A DNA stretch of 64,000 nucleotides from Turneriella sp. (GTDB taxonomy: Bacteria; Spirochaetota; Leptospiria; Turneriellales; Turneriellaceae): positions 2,336,001-2,400,000 of the forward strand of contig CBDIID010000003.1 in NCBI GenBank assembly GCA_965279515.1, given 5' to 3'. Of the stretch, positions 16,319 through 25,543 are shown in pieces (the stretch's first letter is position 1; every line of letters starts with the position of its first letter). The notes beneath the pieces are model-generated. The model was not told the DNA's origin. It was given only the letters and a program-made list of their open reading frames with translations, and ran no database searches. The translations under genes were made by a program, and so were the position numbers.

Positions 16319-18868
16319 TCATTTTTCGAGCCTGTTCAGATTCGCCAGAATCAGCAGCAAACGCTTATCTTTTTCAATTTCCAGGGGAAACTTTCTCAAG
16401 TGGCTTATTGCAGCCGCTGGTTTTCTCTCCTGTAAATGGCGCACAACCTGCCGCACAATCATCAAATAATGGTTTTCCGGCAGAGAAGATGTCGCCACGG
16501 CCCGTTCCGTATTCTCATCGAGACCGAACAACCAGGCAATCGTTAACGGAGACGCATTCGCCTTATAAGCTTTTACCAGCGCGGGCAATGCCGTTTTCAT
16601 ATCGGATGCGGTTTCGACCGTGAATATATTCTGAAACTCAATTTTGCCCAGATCCGGCCCCGGAGGGCCAAAACGGGCCGAAACGGCATTCGTCACAGAA
16701 GCCTTTTGGGTTGCGGCGAACCGCTGTAAGAACGGAGCATAGTGTGCAAGTGGTCGGGTATAGTCCTCCTCGATGTAGGCGTGGTTATCGGTCAGCAGCC
16801 GATGCGGAAAATATTCTGTTGCTAAATCAGCCTTCGTGGACACTAGGAGTGAAAATAGCTGTTCCGGCGATGACAGCGCCGTGTCGCGGTAAAACCGCGT
16901 CGTTGCCAGGATCTTGAATTTCTCCTGAAGATTTTGTTTTTGCCCGCCCTGCGCCGCGTAGCCAACCAGAATCAGGTTTGTTTCGGTGCCTGCATAGAGA
17001 TCGCATTCCTGAAAAACAGCACAAAATGTTTTTAGAATCTGCATCGCCGCCGGGCGTGAAATGGAATGGATCGGCACCCAATAGGTAAATGCGCCACCGG
17101 GTCTCAGACGTGATTTAACCAGCTCATAATAATCTGTGGTATACAGATATGAGACGTTGGAATTTGCGGGTGGAGGAGGCTCTCCGGTGATCAAATCATA
17201 ATTTTCGGTCGTTTTGTGCAGAAAATCCCTGGCGCCACCCAGGCTGAAATGAAGCCGGTTATCCCGAAGTGGATCGATACTATTCTCGCGATGGTGAATA
17301 ATCTCCGTAAGCGGTAAAATGTCGCGCGTAACGTCGATGACATCCAACCGCTTGAGTTCTTTGAATTCCAGAAGGGCCTGCGCCGTTAATCCCGTGCCGT
17401 AACCTATATTCAATGCGCGCTCTCCGTTCTCGGCGTATAGCCAGGCGAGATACGACATTAACTTCATGTAGCGCCGGCTCGAAGGCATCGTGCCGGACAT
17501 TGAGTGTGCGTTACTGATCAGACGATGGTAAAGCGGGGTTGCGCCCAGCAGCTTGTCTGTCAACACCCAGAGATCGCGGTTCGTCTCCGAAATGCGCCGT
17601 ATTTTTTCGTGAGGAACCAACTTCGATATATTGCGTGTGATCTGATCATAATACCATTGCGAATCACGCGCCCGGATAAATAAAACTAACATTACAACTA
17701 TGAAAACTAAAATGAAAATGGATTTCAGCGTCCTTTTCCCGATTCTAACCGCTGAGCGCCAAACGCAAAACGCAAGAACCCCGACATAACAGCCGATGAA
17801 AATCTGAAAGGAGATCGTGGTTTTTAGCCATGGCAGCAATAACAGGCCAAATAGAGCGGCCCCGATACAGGCCCCCCAGGAATTTTCAATCAGAACGCGC
17901 CGCGTCGTTGAAAAAGTGTCTGGTCCCGTTAAGAACGCAAAATTGTAGAGGCATGAACCTACTCCGGAAATCCCCAAAAGCAAGAGTACGATAAAGATTT
18001 CGCGCGGCAAAAAAGCCACAGCGGATAGCTTTTGCGCCGTAATGCAAAACACGAGAGCGCCAGCCGCAACGCCAGACGTTACCAGATGATATTTTCCCGC
18101 TAAAAGAGCGGATTTTAGTTTTGAAATACCATAACTGACCGCCGCACCCACGATCATGCTCAGCGCGGTAATTTCAGCACTGATATCCGCCGTATCACGC
18201 AGGTAGATCTGCAAAAGCCGGTAGACGATAGAAATACCACCAAAGAGCAGGAACCCGCCGGCAAAGGCATAACCCCAGGAAAAATTCCGTTCCCCGCCAG
18301 GGGAAGAAATATCTTCGGCACGACTATTTTCGCCCGCCGGCTGGCTCTTGAAGAGCAGTAAAGCTGCGATCATAAATCCGATCGCCGAGAGGGCCACCGT
18401 CAATACGCTCAATGACCAGGCTTTGAAAAAAACTCTTTCGCCTAGAAGCAAGCCCATGGCAGAGCCGCAATAGATCAAGGCATTCAGTCTGGGCGCTGTG
18501 AGGCGTTGGGTAACCGGTAATCTCAGCGACGTCTCAAACAGCAGGGAATATTCCATGCCTGATAAAAAAAAGAAAAGGACAGCCAGCGGAAGAATCCCGT
18601 GATTTGCGAATACTAGAATTATGCAGATGCAAAATTTCAGAACCAATACTAAACCAAACGCACGGCTGGTCCGCATTTGTTCAGGCAAAAAAGGTGTCAA
18701 TGTCATCGCGATCGCAAAAGAAAAAAACTGAGCAACGAGCGTGACCGCAAAGCTCGTAAAATCTATGGGAAATACCAGCCCCAGTTTTCGCAAAATCACC
18801 TGGACATGAACCAAATGAATGAATTGCAGTAAAAAGCTGATAATCCCTATTTGAAATCGACTTTGCAT
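16319..18868 (-). CDS. Multi-TM protein fused to a spermidine-synthase-like SAM-binding domain
   Basis: About 12 TM segments, then ALNIGYGTGLT, YDLITGEPPPP, LYTTDYY and LRPGGAFTYW. Confidence 0.85.
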   Translation of the reverse strand: MQSRFQIGIISFLLQFIHLVHVQVILRKLGLVFPIDFTSFAVTLVAQFFSFAIAMTLTPFLPEQMRTSRAFGLVLVLKFCICIILVFANHGILPLAVLFFFLSGMEYSLLFETSLRLPVTQRLTAPRLNALIYCGSAMGLLLGERVFFKAWSLSVLTVALSAIGFMIAALLLFKSQPAGENSRAEDISSPGGERNFSWGYAFAGGFLLFGGISIVYRLLQIYLRDTADISAEITALSMIVGAAVSYGISKLKSALLAGKYHLVTSGVAAGALVFCITAQKLSAVAFLPREIFIVLLLLGISGVGSCLYNFAFLTGPDTFSTTRRVLIENSWGACIGAALFGLLLLPWLKTTISFQIFIGCYVGVLAFCVWRSAVRIGKRTLKSIFILVFIVVMLVLFIRARDSQWYYDQITRNISKLVPHEKIRRISETNRDLWVLTDKLLGATPLYHRLISNAHSMSGTMPSSRRYMKLMSYLAWLYAENGERALNIGYGTGLTAQALLEFKELKRLDVIDVTRDILPLTEIIHHRENSIDPLRDNRLHFSLGGARDFLHKTTENYDLITGEPPPPANSNVSYLYTTDYYELVKSRLRPGGAFTYWVPIHSISRPAAMQILKTFCAVFQECDLYAGTETNLILVGYAAQGGQKQNLQEKFKILATTRFYRDTALSSPEQLFSLLVSTKADLATEYFPHRLLTDNHAYIEEDYTRPLAHYAPFLQRFAATQKASVTNAVSARFGPPGPDLGKIEFQNIFTVETASDMKTALPALVKAYKANASPLTIAWLFGLDENTERAVATSSLPENHYLMIVRQVVRHLQERKPAAAISHLRKFPLEIEKDKRLLLILANLNRLEK

Positions 18869-19001
18869 TCGGTATGCACCGCGATACCGGTATTGCGGAA
18901 CGAGCTTTCAGGTAAATCTTTTTGATCGTGGATTTACCGGTTTTTCGGCATATATATTGAAACTTTCCTTGTCTTTGTGAACTGCAGATATTTCGGGGTC
19001 A

Positions 19002-19586
19002 ATGCGGTATGCTTTCCTTTTGCTTCTGGTGGCTTTTGGGTTCTGCAAAAAGCCGGCAACAGACAAGAACAACAAGCAAGAGCTTCTGAAGACCGAGCTC
19101 CGCAAATTTTTTAGCGTCCCTGTAGACGCGAAATCACCATTAAATGGCATTTTTCGTGTCGATAAAGACAGCCTCATTACCACGACCGAGCAAAAGTACC
19201 TGAACAACTACAAAGCACAACCGGACGAATCATCACTGGAAGTCGTTCGGGGCCGGATGAAGAACACAACGATTTTTTACCGCATCTCTGCGGGAGGTGC
19301 GATCGCCATGGCAACAATTGCTCCCGGAAGCATCGGCGTCAGCGAAGGGTTTATAACAAAACAACCAAAGAAAAATCAGCAAATTACCTGGCTGGGCAAA
19401 CTCAAGAACCGCAAAGGGGAAATTCAGATACGCATTATTCACCCGACGCTGACGCCTATCAATAATTTTGAATACATCGAAGGCGACGTGACGCTCAAAG
19501 CGTCGCGCGAGCGGCGATCCCCCGACGAATTAACCTCGGCCTGTATGGAGACAATTCTGCAAAATACAGGGTTGGCGGAATATTGA
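19002..19586 (+). CDS. Hypothetical lipoprotein
   Basis: MRYAFLLLLVAFGF-CKK signal/lipobox. Confidence 0.75.
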   Translation: MRYAFLLLLVAFGFCKKPATDKNNKQELLKTELRKFFSVPVDAKSPLNGIFRVDKDSLITTTEQKYLNNYKAQPDESSLEVVRGRMKNTTIFYRISAGGAIAMATIAPGSIGVSEGFITKQPKKNQQITWLGKLKNRKGEIQIRIIHPTLTPINNFEYIEGDVTLKASRERRSPDELTSACMETILQNTGLAEY

Positions 19587-19615
19587 AAGAATCTGAAATC
19601 TTCCGGATGTTTTAG

Positions 19616-21115
19616 ATGCGCCCACTTCTTTCGCTAATTCAGGCGCAGGAACGTCGTAATTATAATCCGTACACGTTCTTTCTGTTCTGTATCTTCACGG
19701 GTTTAATGCGGGGTATACTGGAGATTTTCCTGCATAACATCCAGATTCGAAATACCGAAGTCGTCGGCTTTATTCCGTTCTATATCTCCCTCGGCTTACT
19801 GCTGCGCGAAATACTGGCACTCCTGGGAGGGATCAGTAGGGAAAAAGTTGAAAAATCCCTGATCATGGGAATTTTCCTGGGGTTATTCCCGCCGATATTC
19901 GATCTTTTTCTGCCAGCCCCGGCGCCGGTATTCTACGGCTACTATTTTCTCTGGGATTTCCGGAATATCCCGTGGCTCGGTTATAATCCTTACTTCAATT
20001 TTCCGGCCGGGGAATGCGTCACGATCTGGCTGAGCATCTTATTCTGCGCCCTCTACGTCCATGCCCAAACAGGAAAGATTTTCCGGGCCCTGATGGCTTT
20101 GGCTGCTGCATATCTCATTTTTATTTTTTGCGGCAGCTTGTTTCCTATGCTACTCTTCAGAGTTTCGCAAGGCCTTGCCGCGACAGTCGAAGCTGTGCGT
20201 GCGATAGACTTTGTCAGGCTACAGATGTTCTTACTCCGCCTGTCATTCTGGCAAGCGATACTCGCTCTCGCATTACTCCTGGTTTCGCGGAAAACGCTGC
20301 TCGTGCATACGCTACGCCGCTTGCCGCATGGCCTGCCGTTTATTTGCCTCGCTATTCTTGGCGGAACTTTGGTGAAGGCCTCTACGGAATTTCTAATCAG
20401 CGCAACCTCTGCATTGCTCGCGGTGATTATTCTCGCGATCTGGCAAAACGATCATTTTGATTTCCGCGATGACGGCAACACAGAGCCGCCGGTTGCAAAG
20501 CATGAGTTGCAATCCTGGACGATTGTCACCCTGATCACGCTGCTGTTTCTGTTTTTTCAAAATCAACGCAGCAGCATCTTGCTTTTTGTCGCGCTGGTTG
20601 CATCGACGCTCTACAACTACCCCTTCTACCGGGGCCGAAATCATTTTCCCGCCAATCTGAAAATCGAGGGCATTTGGGGTGTATCGGCATTTCTCGCAGG
20701 TGCCTTGCTCGATCCGGTTGCGGCCCAGGACTTCAGGGTGAAAATAACGGCGCTGCTGATCTTCGGCGGTTGGTCAAGTGTCAGCGTCTGGAAAGACCTT
20801 AAAGACATAGAGAGCGATAAACGCGCGGGGGTCGCAACGGTGTTCACATTGCTGGAAAAACGTGGGTTCCCGCGCACCAAAATCGTCATAGGCGTGAGGT
20901 CGGTGGTAACATTTTTTTTCCTACTGCTTCCGCTGATTGCGTTCGTGACTATCAATGCAACGGCCGGGGCGATTCTCATGGCGACCGCATGCTTACCCGT
21001 CGCGTGCTTATGGCTCGGCGAGGGGAAAAAAGCTTTTCAATGGGGTCTCGTAGCCGTCGCGTTGAATATTCTCGCCGCTGTCGCGCTCGTGCATTTAGGA
21101 ATCTGGAGGGCCTGA
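19616..21115 (+). CDS. UbiA-family prenyltransferase with an extra N-terminal membrane domain (paralog 1)
   Basis: Asp-rich motifs QNDHFDFRDD and KDLKDIESDKRAGVAT; LYNYP..R; highly hydrophobic. Confidence 0.78.
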   Translation: MRPLLSLIQAQERRNYNPYTFFLFCIFTGLMRGILEIFLHNIQIRNTEVVGFIPFYISLGLLLREILALLGGISREKVEKSLIMGIFLGLFPPIFDLFLPAPAPVFYGYYFLWDFRNIPWLGYNPYFNFPAGECVTIWLSILFCALYVHAQTGKIFRALMALAAAYLIFIFCGSLFPMLLFRVSQGLAATVEAVRAIDFVRLQMFLLRLSFWQAILALALLLVSRKTLLVHTLRRLPHGLPFICLAILGGTLVKASTEFLISATSALLAVIILAIWQNDHFDFRDDGNTEPPVAKHELQSWTIVTLITLLFLFFQNQRSSILLFVALVASTLYNYPFYRGRNHFPANLKIEGIWGVSAFLAGALLDPVAAQDFRVKITALLIFGGWSSVSVWKDLKDIESDKRAGVATVFTLLEKRGFPRTKIVIGVRSVVTFFFLLLPLIAFVTINATAGAILMATACLPVACLWLGEGKKAFQWGLVAVALNILAAVALVHLGIWRA

Positions 21116-22635
21116 TGATCCGCCCGACAAAAATTCTCTTCGCTTTTTCCTTCATATACCTCATTTCATGCAAAAAGCCCGACACGCAGGATACGTTTGC
21201 CGGACAGGCCTTGGATACCAGCGACAAAGCGTTGGCAGAAGGCCGGGCTCTATCTCAAAAATATTGCACGCAATGCCATATTTTACCCGAGCCTAACCTA
21301 CTCAATCAGGAATCCAACAACTACACCCTGAGCTATATGGGGTTGCTGATGGGATTCGATTCATCGGCAAATTTAATCGAGCCGCTCGAGAAGGCACATT
21401 TTCAGAACCGGTTTCGTCTGCTCAAGGCAACACAAAGAATTCCACAAAAACCAGCCGTTTCCCGGGAAGAATTCCATGCGCTGAGAAATTTTTTCTTAGC
21501 GAAATCACTCATTGATCCATCACCACCCGTTTCCGTCAGCAAAATTTCCGGCACTGTGCCAAACCTGAAGTTTGACGATAAAGTTGTAACGCTGCTCAAG
21601 CGCATCCCCGGTACCGAAAGGATGGCTATCGGTGGTGGAATGACGAACAGCCTTCAGATTTTCGATTCCACTTGGAATATTTTATTGGAAACGTCATTCA
21701 CCAGCCCGCCAGTCGACGTCGTTTATGAGGACAAAACGTATTATGTCGTGACCCTGGGCGACCTGCTGGGCGGCTTAAATAGCCTGAAGAAGGCTGAGCT
21801 CTGGGCTGTCTCCAGTGCTTCGAAGAAGAAATTGCTGAGCGGATTGACGCGCTCCACGCAGGTGTTGCTCCATGACATGAACGGAGATGGGCGCAAGGAT
21901 TTCCTGATCTCTTCTTTCGGCAACCAAGAGGACGGGGAATTAGCGTGGTATGATTTTGAAACCGGAAAGCAAAGAAAACACACGATTACTGAAAATGCAT
22001 CGGTTGTGCGTACTGCTATCCTCTCGAAGCCAGGAAAACATCCGGTGCAGATTGCGGTTTTGAAGGCCGGCGCCCGCGAGCAGTTGATGCTCTACACCAT
22101 AGACCGCCAGAAAACAGAATCAAGGATTCTGGATCAATACCCCCCAAGTTACGGTTCTGTCTGGCTTGAGGCCGCAGACTTGGACGCAGATGGCAACGAC
22201 GAATTACTTGTGCTTAGCGGCGATAATGCAGATTGCGGTCCGCACAATGCCATAAAACCCTACCAGGGTCTGCGCGTTTACAGCATGACCGCGGATGCAG
22301 CCACGCTCAGAGATTTTTATCCCATTCAAGGCGCACTGAGCATGAGCATCAGGCCCCCTTCTTCTGGCCAACCTGTTCAAATTCTGGTATTAGCGTACTA
22401 CGCTGATCTGCGGGCACCTCGTGATGTGGTCATCTTGACCGCCGATGCTACCGGAAAATTCCACGAAAAATCGTATTTTATGAATTCAAGACCGACCGTG
22501 GGTCTATGGCTGAATGCTGCGAATTCGCTTCTCATCGGCAGCGGCAATATTCCGCTGCGTCAGCGCGTGCAGGGATCAACCCAGTTCAGGCAATTCAACG
22601 GACCAGCGCTACAGGAATTCACTATACGCGACTAA
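21115..22635 (+). CDS. Lipoprotein with a c-type heme motif and FG-GAP/VCBS beta-propeller repeats
   Basis: LIS-C lipobox; CTQCH; DMNGDGRKDFL and DLDADGNDELL; TGA/ATG overlap with the upstream gene. Confidence 0.82.
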   Translation: MIRPTKILFAFSFIYLISCKKPDTQDTFAGQALDTSDKALAEGRALSQKYCTQCHILPEPNLLNQESNNYTLSYMGLLMGFDSSANLIEPLEKAHFQNRFRLLKATQRIPQKPAVSREEFHALRNFFLAKSLIDPSPPVSVSKISGTVPNLKFDDKVVTLLKRIPGTERMAIGGGMTNSLQIFDSTWNILLETSFTSPPVDVVYEDKTYYVVTLGDLLGGLNSLKKAELWAVSSASKKKLLSGLTRSTQVLLHDMNGDGRKDFLISSFGNQEDGELAWYDFETGKQRKHTITENASVVRTAILSKPGKHPVQIAVLKAGAREQLMLYTIDRQKTESRILDQYPPSYGSVWLEAADLDADGNDELLVLSGDNADCGPHNAIKPYQGLRVYSMTADAATLRDFYPIQGALSMSIRPPSSGQPVQILVLAYYADLRAPRDVVILTADATGKFHEKSYFMNSRPTVGLWLNAANSLLIGSGNIPLRQRVQGSTQFRQFNGPALQEFTIRD

Positions 22636-22656
22636 CCTGCGTCGAAAATACGGAGC

Positions 22657-23499
22657 GTGCTCAGCCCCGTTCTGAAGAACATCGCGATCCTGATCACCTA
22701 CGCATGGTTATCTTTATCCTGCAAGGAAGAGAAAATAAATGTCGATCAGAAGCTCGCCGCGACGCGGGAGTATTATGATTCCCCTGGCGTCATCGGCGCT
22801 TTCATGGATCCGGCGGCCTTCGGTCAATACCGGTGGCATGCGACATTTAAGATAAAGACTTTAGAAGGTCAGATACTGGATGAAACTGAATATCTGACCC
22901 GCAATGCGAAATTATCCACAGAGACGCGCATTCTGGATTGGGGCTGCGGAATGGGCTGGTTAGCCGTGCGCCTGGCACAGCAATGCCGGTGCCGGGTGAC
23001 CGGGCTCAACATTTCTGCCGTTCAACTGGAACAGGCAAGAAAATGGGCGCAACAGAATCACGTCGCGCAGTGGGTGAAATTCGACCTGTACGACGGCAAA
23101 AAGCTGCCTTACGAAGACTCGGCTTTTGACGTGATTTTCTCGCAAGAAGCCCTCGTAAACGCTCCCGATAAAGATCTTACCTACCGCGAAATTTTTCGGG
23201 TGTTAAAACCCGGCGGAGAATTTTCTGTTCAGGATTGGTACGCAGACGCAGCAAATAAGCATTGGGCAGATCTCGTTAAACCTATCGACGAAGAGCATAA
23301 ATCTTCACTGGCGACGATGCAAGATACCGCACAAACGCTGAAGCGAATCGGTTTTGAGAGCGTTCAAAATGAGGATATCCGCGAGCTCGCCCCCGGTTCA
23401 CTAGCGCGGGCTTTTCCCAACCAGGTATTCGCGGCTGCTCTGAAAAGCGGGGCTTTTACCGTCGCCTTTACATCCGCAAGAAAACCGCGGCTGCCTTAA
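22657..23499 (+). CDS. Class I SAM-dependent methyltransferase with a lipoprotein-like signal
   Basis: ILITYAWLSLS-CKEE; ILDWGCGMG, VTGLNISAVQ, LPYEDSAFDVIFSQEA and RVLKPGG. Confidence 0.88.
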   Translation: MLSPVLKNIAILITYAWLSLSCKEEKINVDQKLAATREYYDSPGVIGAFMDPAAFGQYRWHATFKIKTLEGQILDETEYLTRNAKLSTETRILDWGCGMGWLAVRLAQQCRCRVTGLNISAVQLEQARKWAQQNHVAQWVKFDLYDGKKLPYEDSAFDVIFSQEALVNAPDKDLTYREIFRVLKPGGEFSVQDWYADAANKHWADLVKPIDEEHKSSLATMQDTAQTLKRIGFESVQNEDIRELAPGSLARAFPNQVFAAALKSGAFTVAFTSARKPRLP

Positions 23500-23500
23500 A

Positions 23501-25000
23501 TCAATAACCCGCCGCATAGGCGAACGCAATGAAGTAGCTGGAAATCGCTATCGAAAAATAACGGAAAATCCGCAGACGGGGTGCCCAGTACAATACTGCC
23601 CAAAGCGGCAGAACAGAAAAACCCGCAAAGAGCAGGCCATGTAGAATCGTCTTTCTCGCCAGTAAGAAAAAAACGGGCAAAACGACAATAATCGCAATTT
23701 GAAGTTTGTAAAATCGAACGGCAGTCGAGAGACTTTTAGTTTTCTTCTGCAAAAATGAAATCAGCGTTTTTCGCCCGTCCCGGCGGTCGTTGAGAATATC
23801 TTTTAGATCTTTGAGCGACGATAAATACGCCCAACCAAAAAAAATGAGCACCGTCAGCACTAATGTCGATACCTGAAAGGGATTTATCTTCAAACAAACC
23901 AATGCGCTCCACAGAGCACAGACACCCCAACCGCCTTCGATTTTCTGGCCGCCGAGCGTATAATAACGCATCCGGGTTTCGGGCAGGTTGTAAAGCAGCG
24001 TCAAGACCAGAAAAATCAACTGCGGAAAAAACAGCAAACTGCCTATCCCGTAAAGATAACCGACAAGGATAAACATCAGGACCATAAAAAACCGCACGCT
24101 GTCGGCATACTGCATCCCCATAGTTGAGACGGTGACTAAAGCAGATTTAGCAACCGTTTTCGTATCGTAGAGATCGTTTTGCATGCAGGCAAACAGGAAA
24201 TTAAGCATTACCAGCCCGGGAATGCAAAGCGTCAGTACGCCGTAATTACCCGTAAAGATGAAGGGCGCCGTTGCGATAGCACCGAACGGCATGTAGTGTA
24301 GCACCCTTCTCTGGAGCGCCCTGCGGAAATTTGAATCCGTGATGAGCCATAGCAGAATAATGACAGCAAAATGGGCAAATACATGGTAGCGCGTAGAGGC
24401 GTTGCGCGCGTTGAGCCGCAGCGCGGCATCCAGATTCAGGCCTGCATCGGCTTGGGTGAAAAAATCCGTTAAGCTTTTGGGCAACACAACCAAAAAGAAC
24501 AAGAAGACTCCGTATGCCGCAACACCCGCGGCCAAAATTCTGAGCGGGTTCCGCGTTTCACGGAGGGTGAATACCAGCGTGAGCATGATAATCAACCAGA
24601 CCGCGACCGCTTCGCCGAGCGGAAATCCGCGCATCGGCGCATAGAAAAATGGTGAGAAATAGCTGAAATCCTCATATAAATAATAAGAGTAAGGCAGTAA
24701 CGGCGTGGCCTGAATCCAGAAATTTACCAGATCCACTACGGGCGGCAATAGCCCAACCAACAACCCTAGCCGGGCAAAATTCAAACTTGATCTGCGGGAA
24801 ATTCCCGAAAGCCTGTACAATATCAGATGAAAGCTCAAACCGACGGCCACGTAGTAAAGTGAGTACGCAAAGGGGAGCACACCGTTTAACTTGGCCACTC
24901 CTAAACTGGCCTCCAGAAACCAACGGCCGAAGCCGACAACAACAGCAATGAGAATCAGGGCCGAATAACTGGATTTGCGATGCTGCTGTCGAGTGATCAT
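23501..25000 (-). CDS. UbiA-family prenyltransferase with an extra N-terminal membrane domain (paralog 2)
   Basis: QNDLYD, LYNLPETR, KIEGGWG and KDLKDILNDRRDGRKT; same length (499 aa) and motif order as paralog 1. Confidence 0.78.
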   Translation of the reverse strand: MITRQQHRKSSYSALILIAVVVGFGRWFLEASLGVAKLNGVLPFAYSLYYVAVGLSFHLILYRLSGISRRSSLNFARLGLLVGLLPPVVDLVNFWIQATPLLPYSYYLYEDFSYFSPFFYAPMRGFPLGEAVAVWLIIMLTLVFTLRETRNPLRILAAGVAAYGVFLFFLVVLPKSLTDFFTQADAGLNLDAALRLNARNASTRYHVFAHFAVIILLWLITDSNFRRALQRRVLHYMPFGAIATAPFIFTGNYGVLTLCIPGLVMLNFLFACMQNDLYDTKTVAKSALVTVSTMGMQYADSVRFFMVLMFILVGYLYGIGSLLFFPQLIFLVLTLLYNLPETRMRYYTLGGQKIEGGWGVCALWSALVCLKINPFQVSTLVLTVLIFFGWAYLSSLKDLKDILNDRRDGRKTLISFLQKKTKSLSTAVRFYKLQIAIIVVLPVFFLLARKTILHGLLFAGFSVLPLWAVLYWAPRLRIFRYFSIAISSYFIAFAYAAGY

Positions 25001-25017
25001 GTTTTCCGCGATCTGTT

Positions 25018-25497
25018 CTATTTCAGTTCGGTGCCGAAAACTGTCAGCACCTTAACCCATGCCAGCATTAATTCCTGGTACGCAGCCCTGGTTTTTTCTT
25101 TTTCCGGATAGGTCTTCATCGCCGTGCGGATATTCGCGGCCAGCTTGTTAACGATCTGAAAAAGCGGCTGGAGATCAGCTCCCAATTGCCTGCCCAAAAG
25201 ATTGGGATTTTCCGCATATTTTTTACTGACCGCCGGATATTTTTTTGCCATCGCCTTGATACCCGTATACAGATCGAGCGTGATATTCGTATTTTCCTGG
25301 ATCAGCTTCAGTAAATCATAATCTTTTTTACTCTGGGTATACTGCGCCAGTTCATCCTTACTTGCCGCGTATTTTGCGTAGGTGCTTTGAATTAATTTGC
25401 GACCTTCTGCAACGACCAGATCTTCTTCGCGCCGGCCATCGGCACATTCAGAAGCAAAAAACGTAATTGCGGCAAACAGGAAAAAGCGAGAACGCAT
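25018..25497 (-). CDS. Hypothetical helical lipoprotein
   Basis: MRSRFFLFAAITFFASE-C signal; directly downstream of the giant lipoprotein. Confidence 0.7.
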   Translation of the reverse strand: MRSRFFLFAAITFFASECADGRREEDLVVAEGRKLIQSTYAKYAASKDELAQYTQSKKDYDLLKLIQENTNITLDLYTGIKAMAKKYPAVSKKYAENPNLLGRQLGADLQPLFQIVNKLAANIRTAMKTYPEKEKTRAAYQELMLAWVKVLTVFGTELK

Positions 25498-25543
25498 ACA
25501 ACGACTGACTTTTCAGACAAAATCAGTCGTCATGCGCTTTTTG

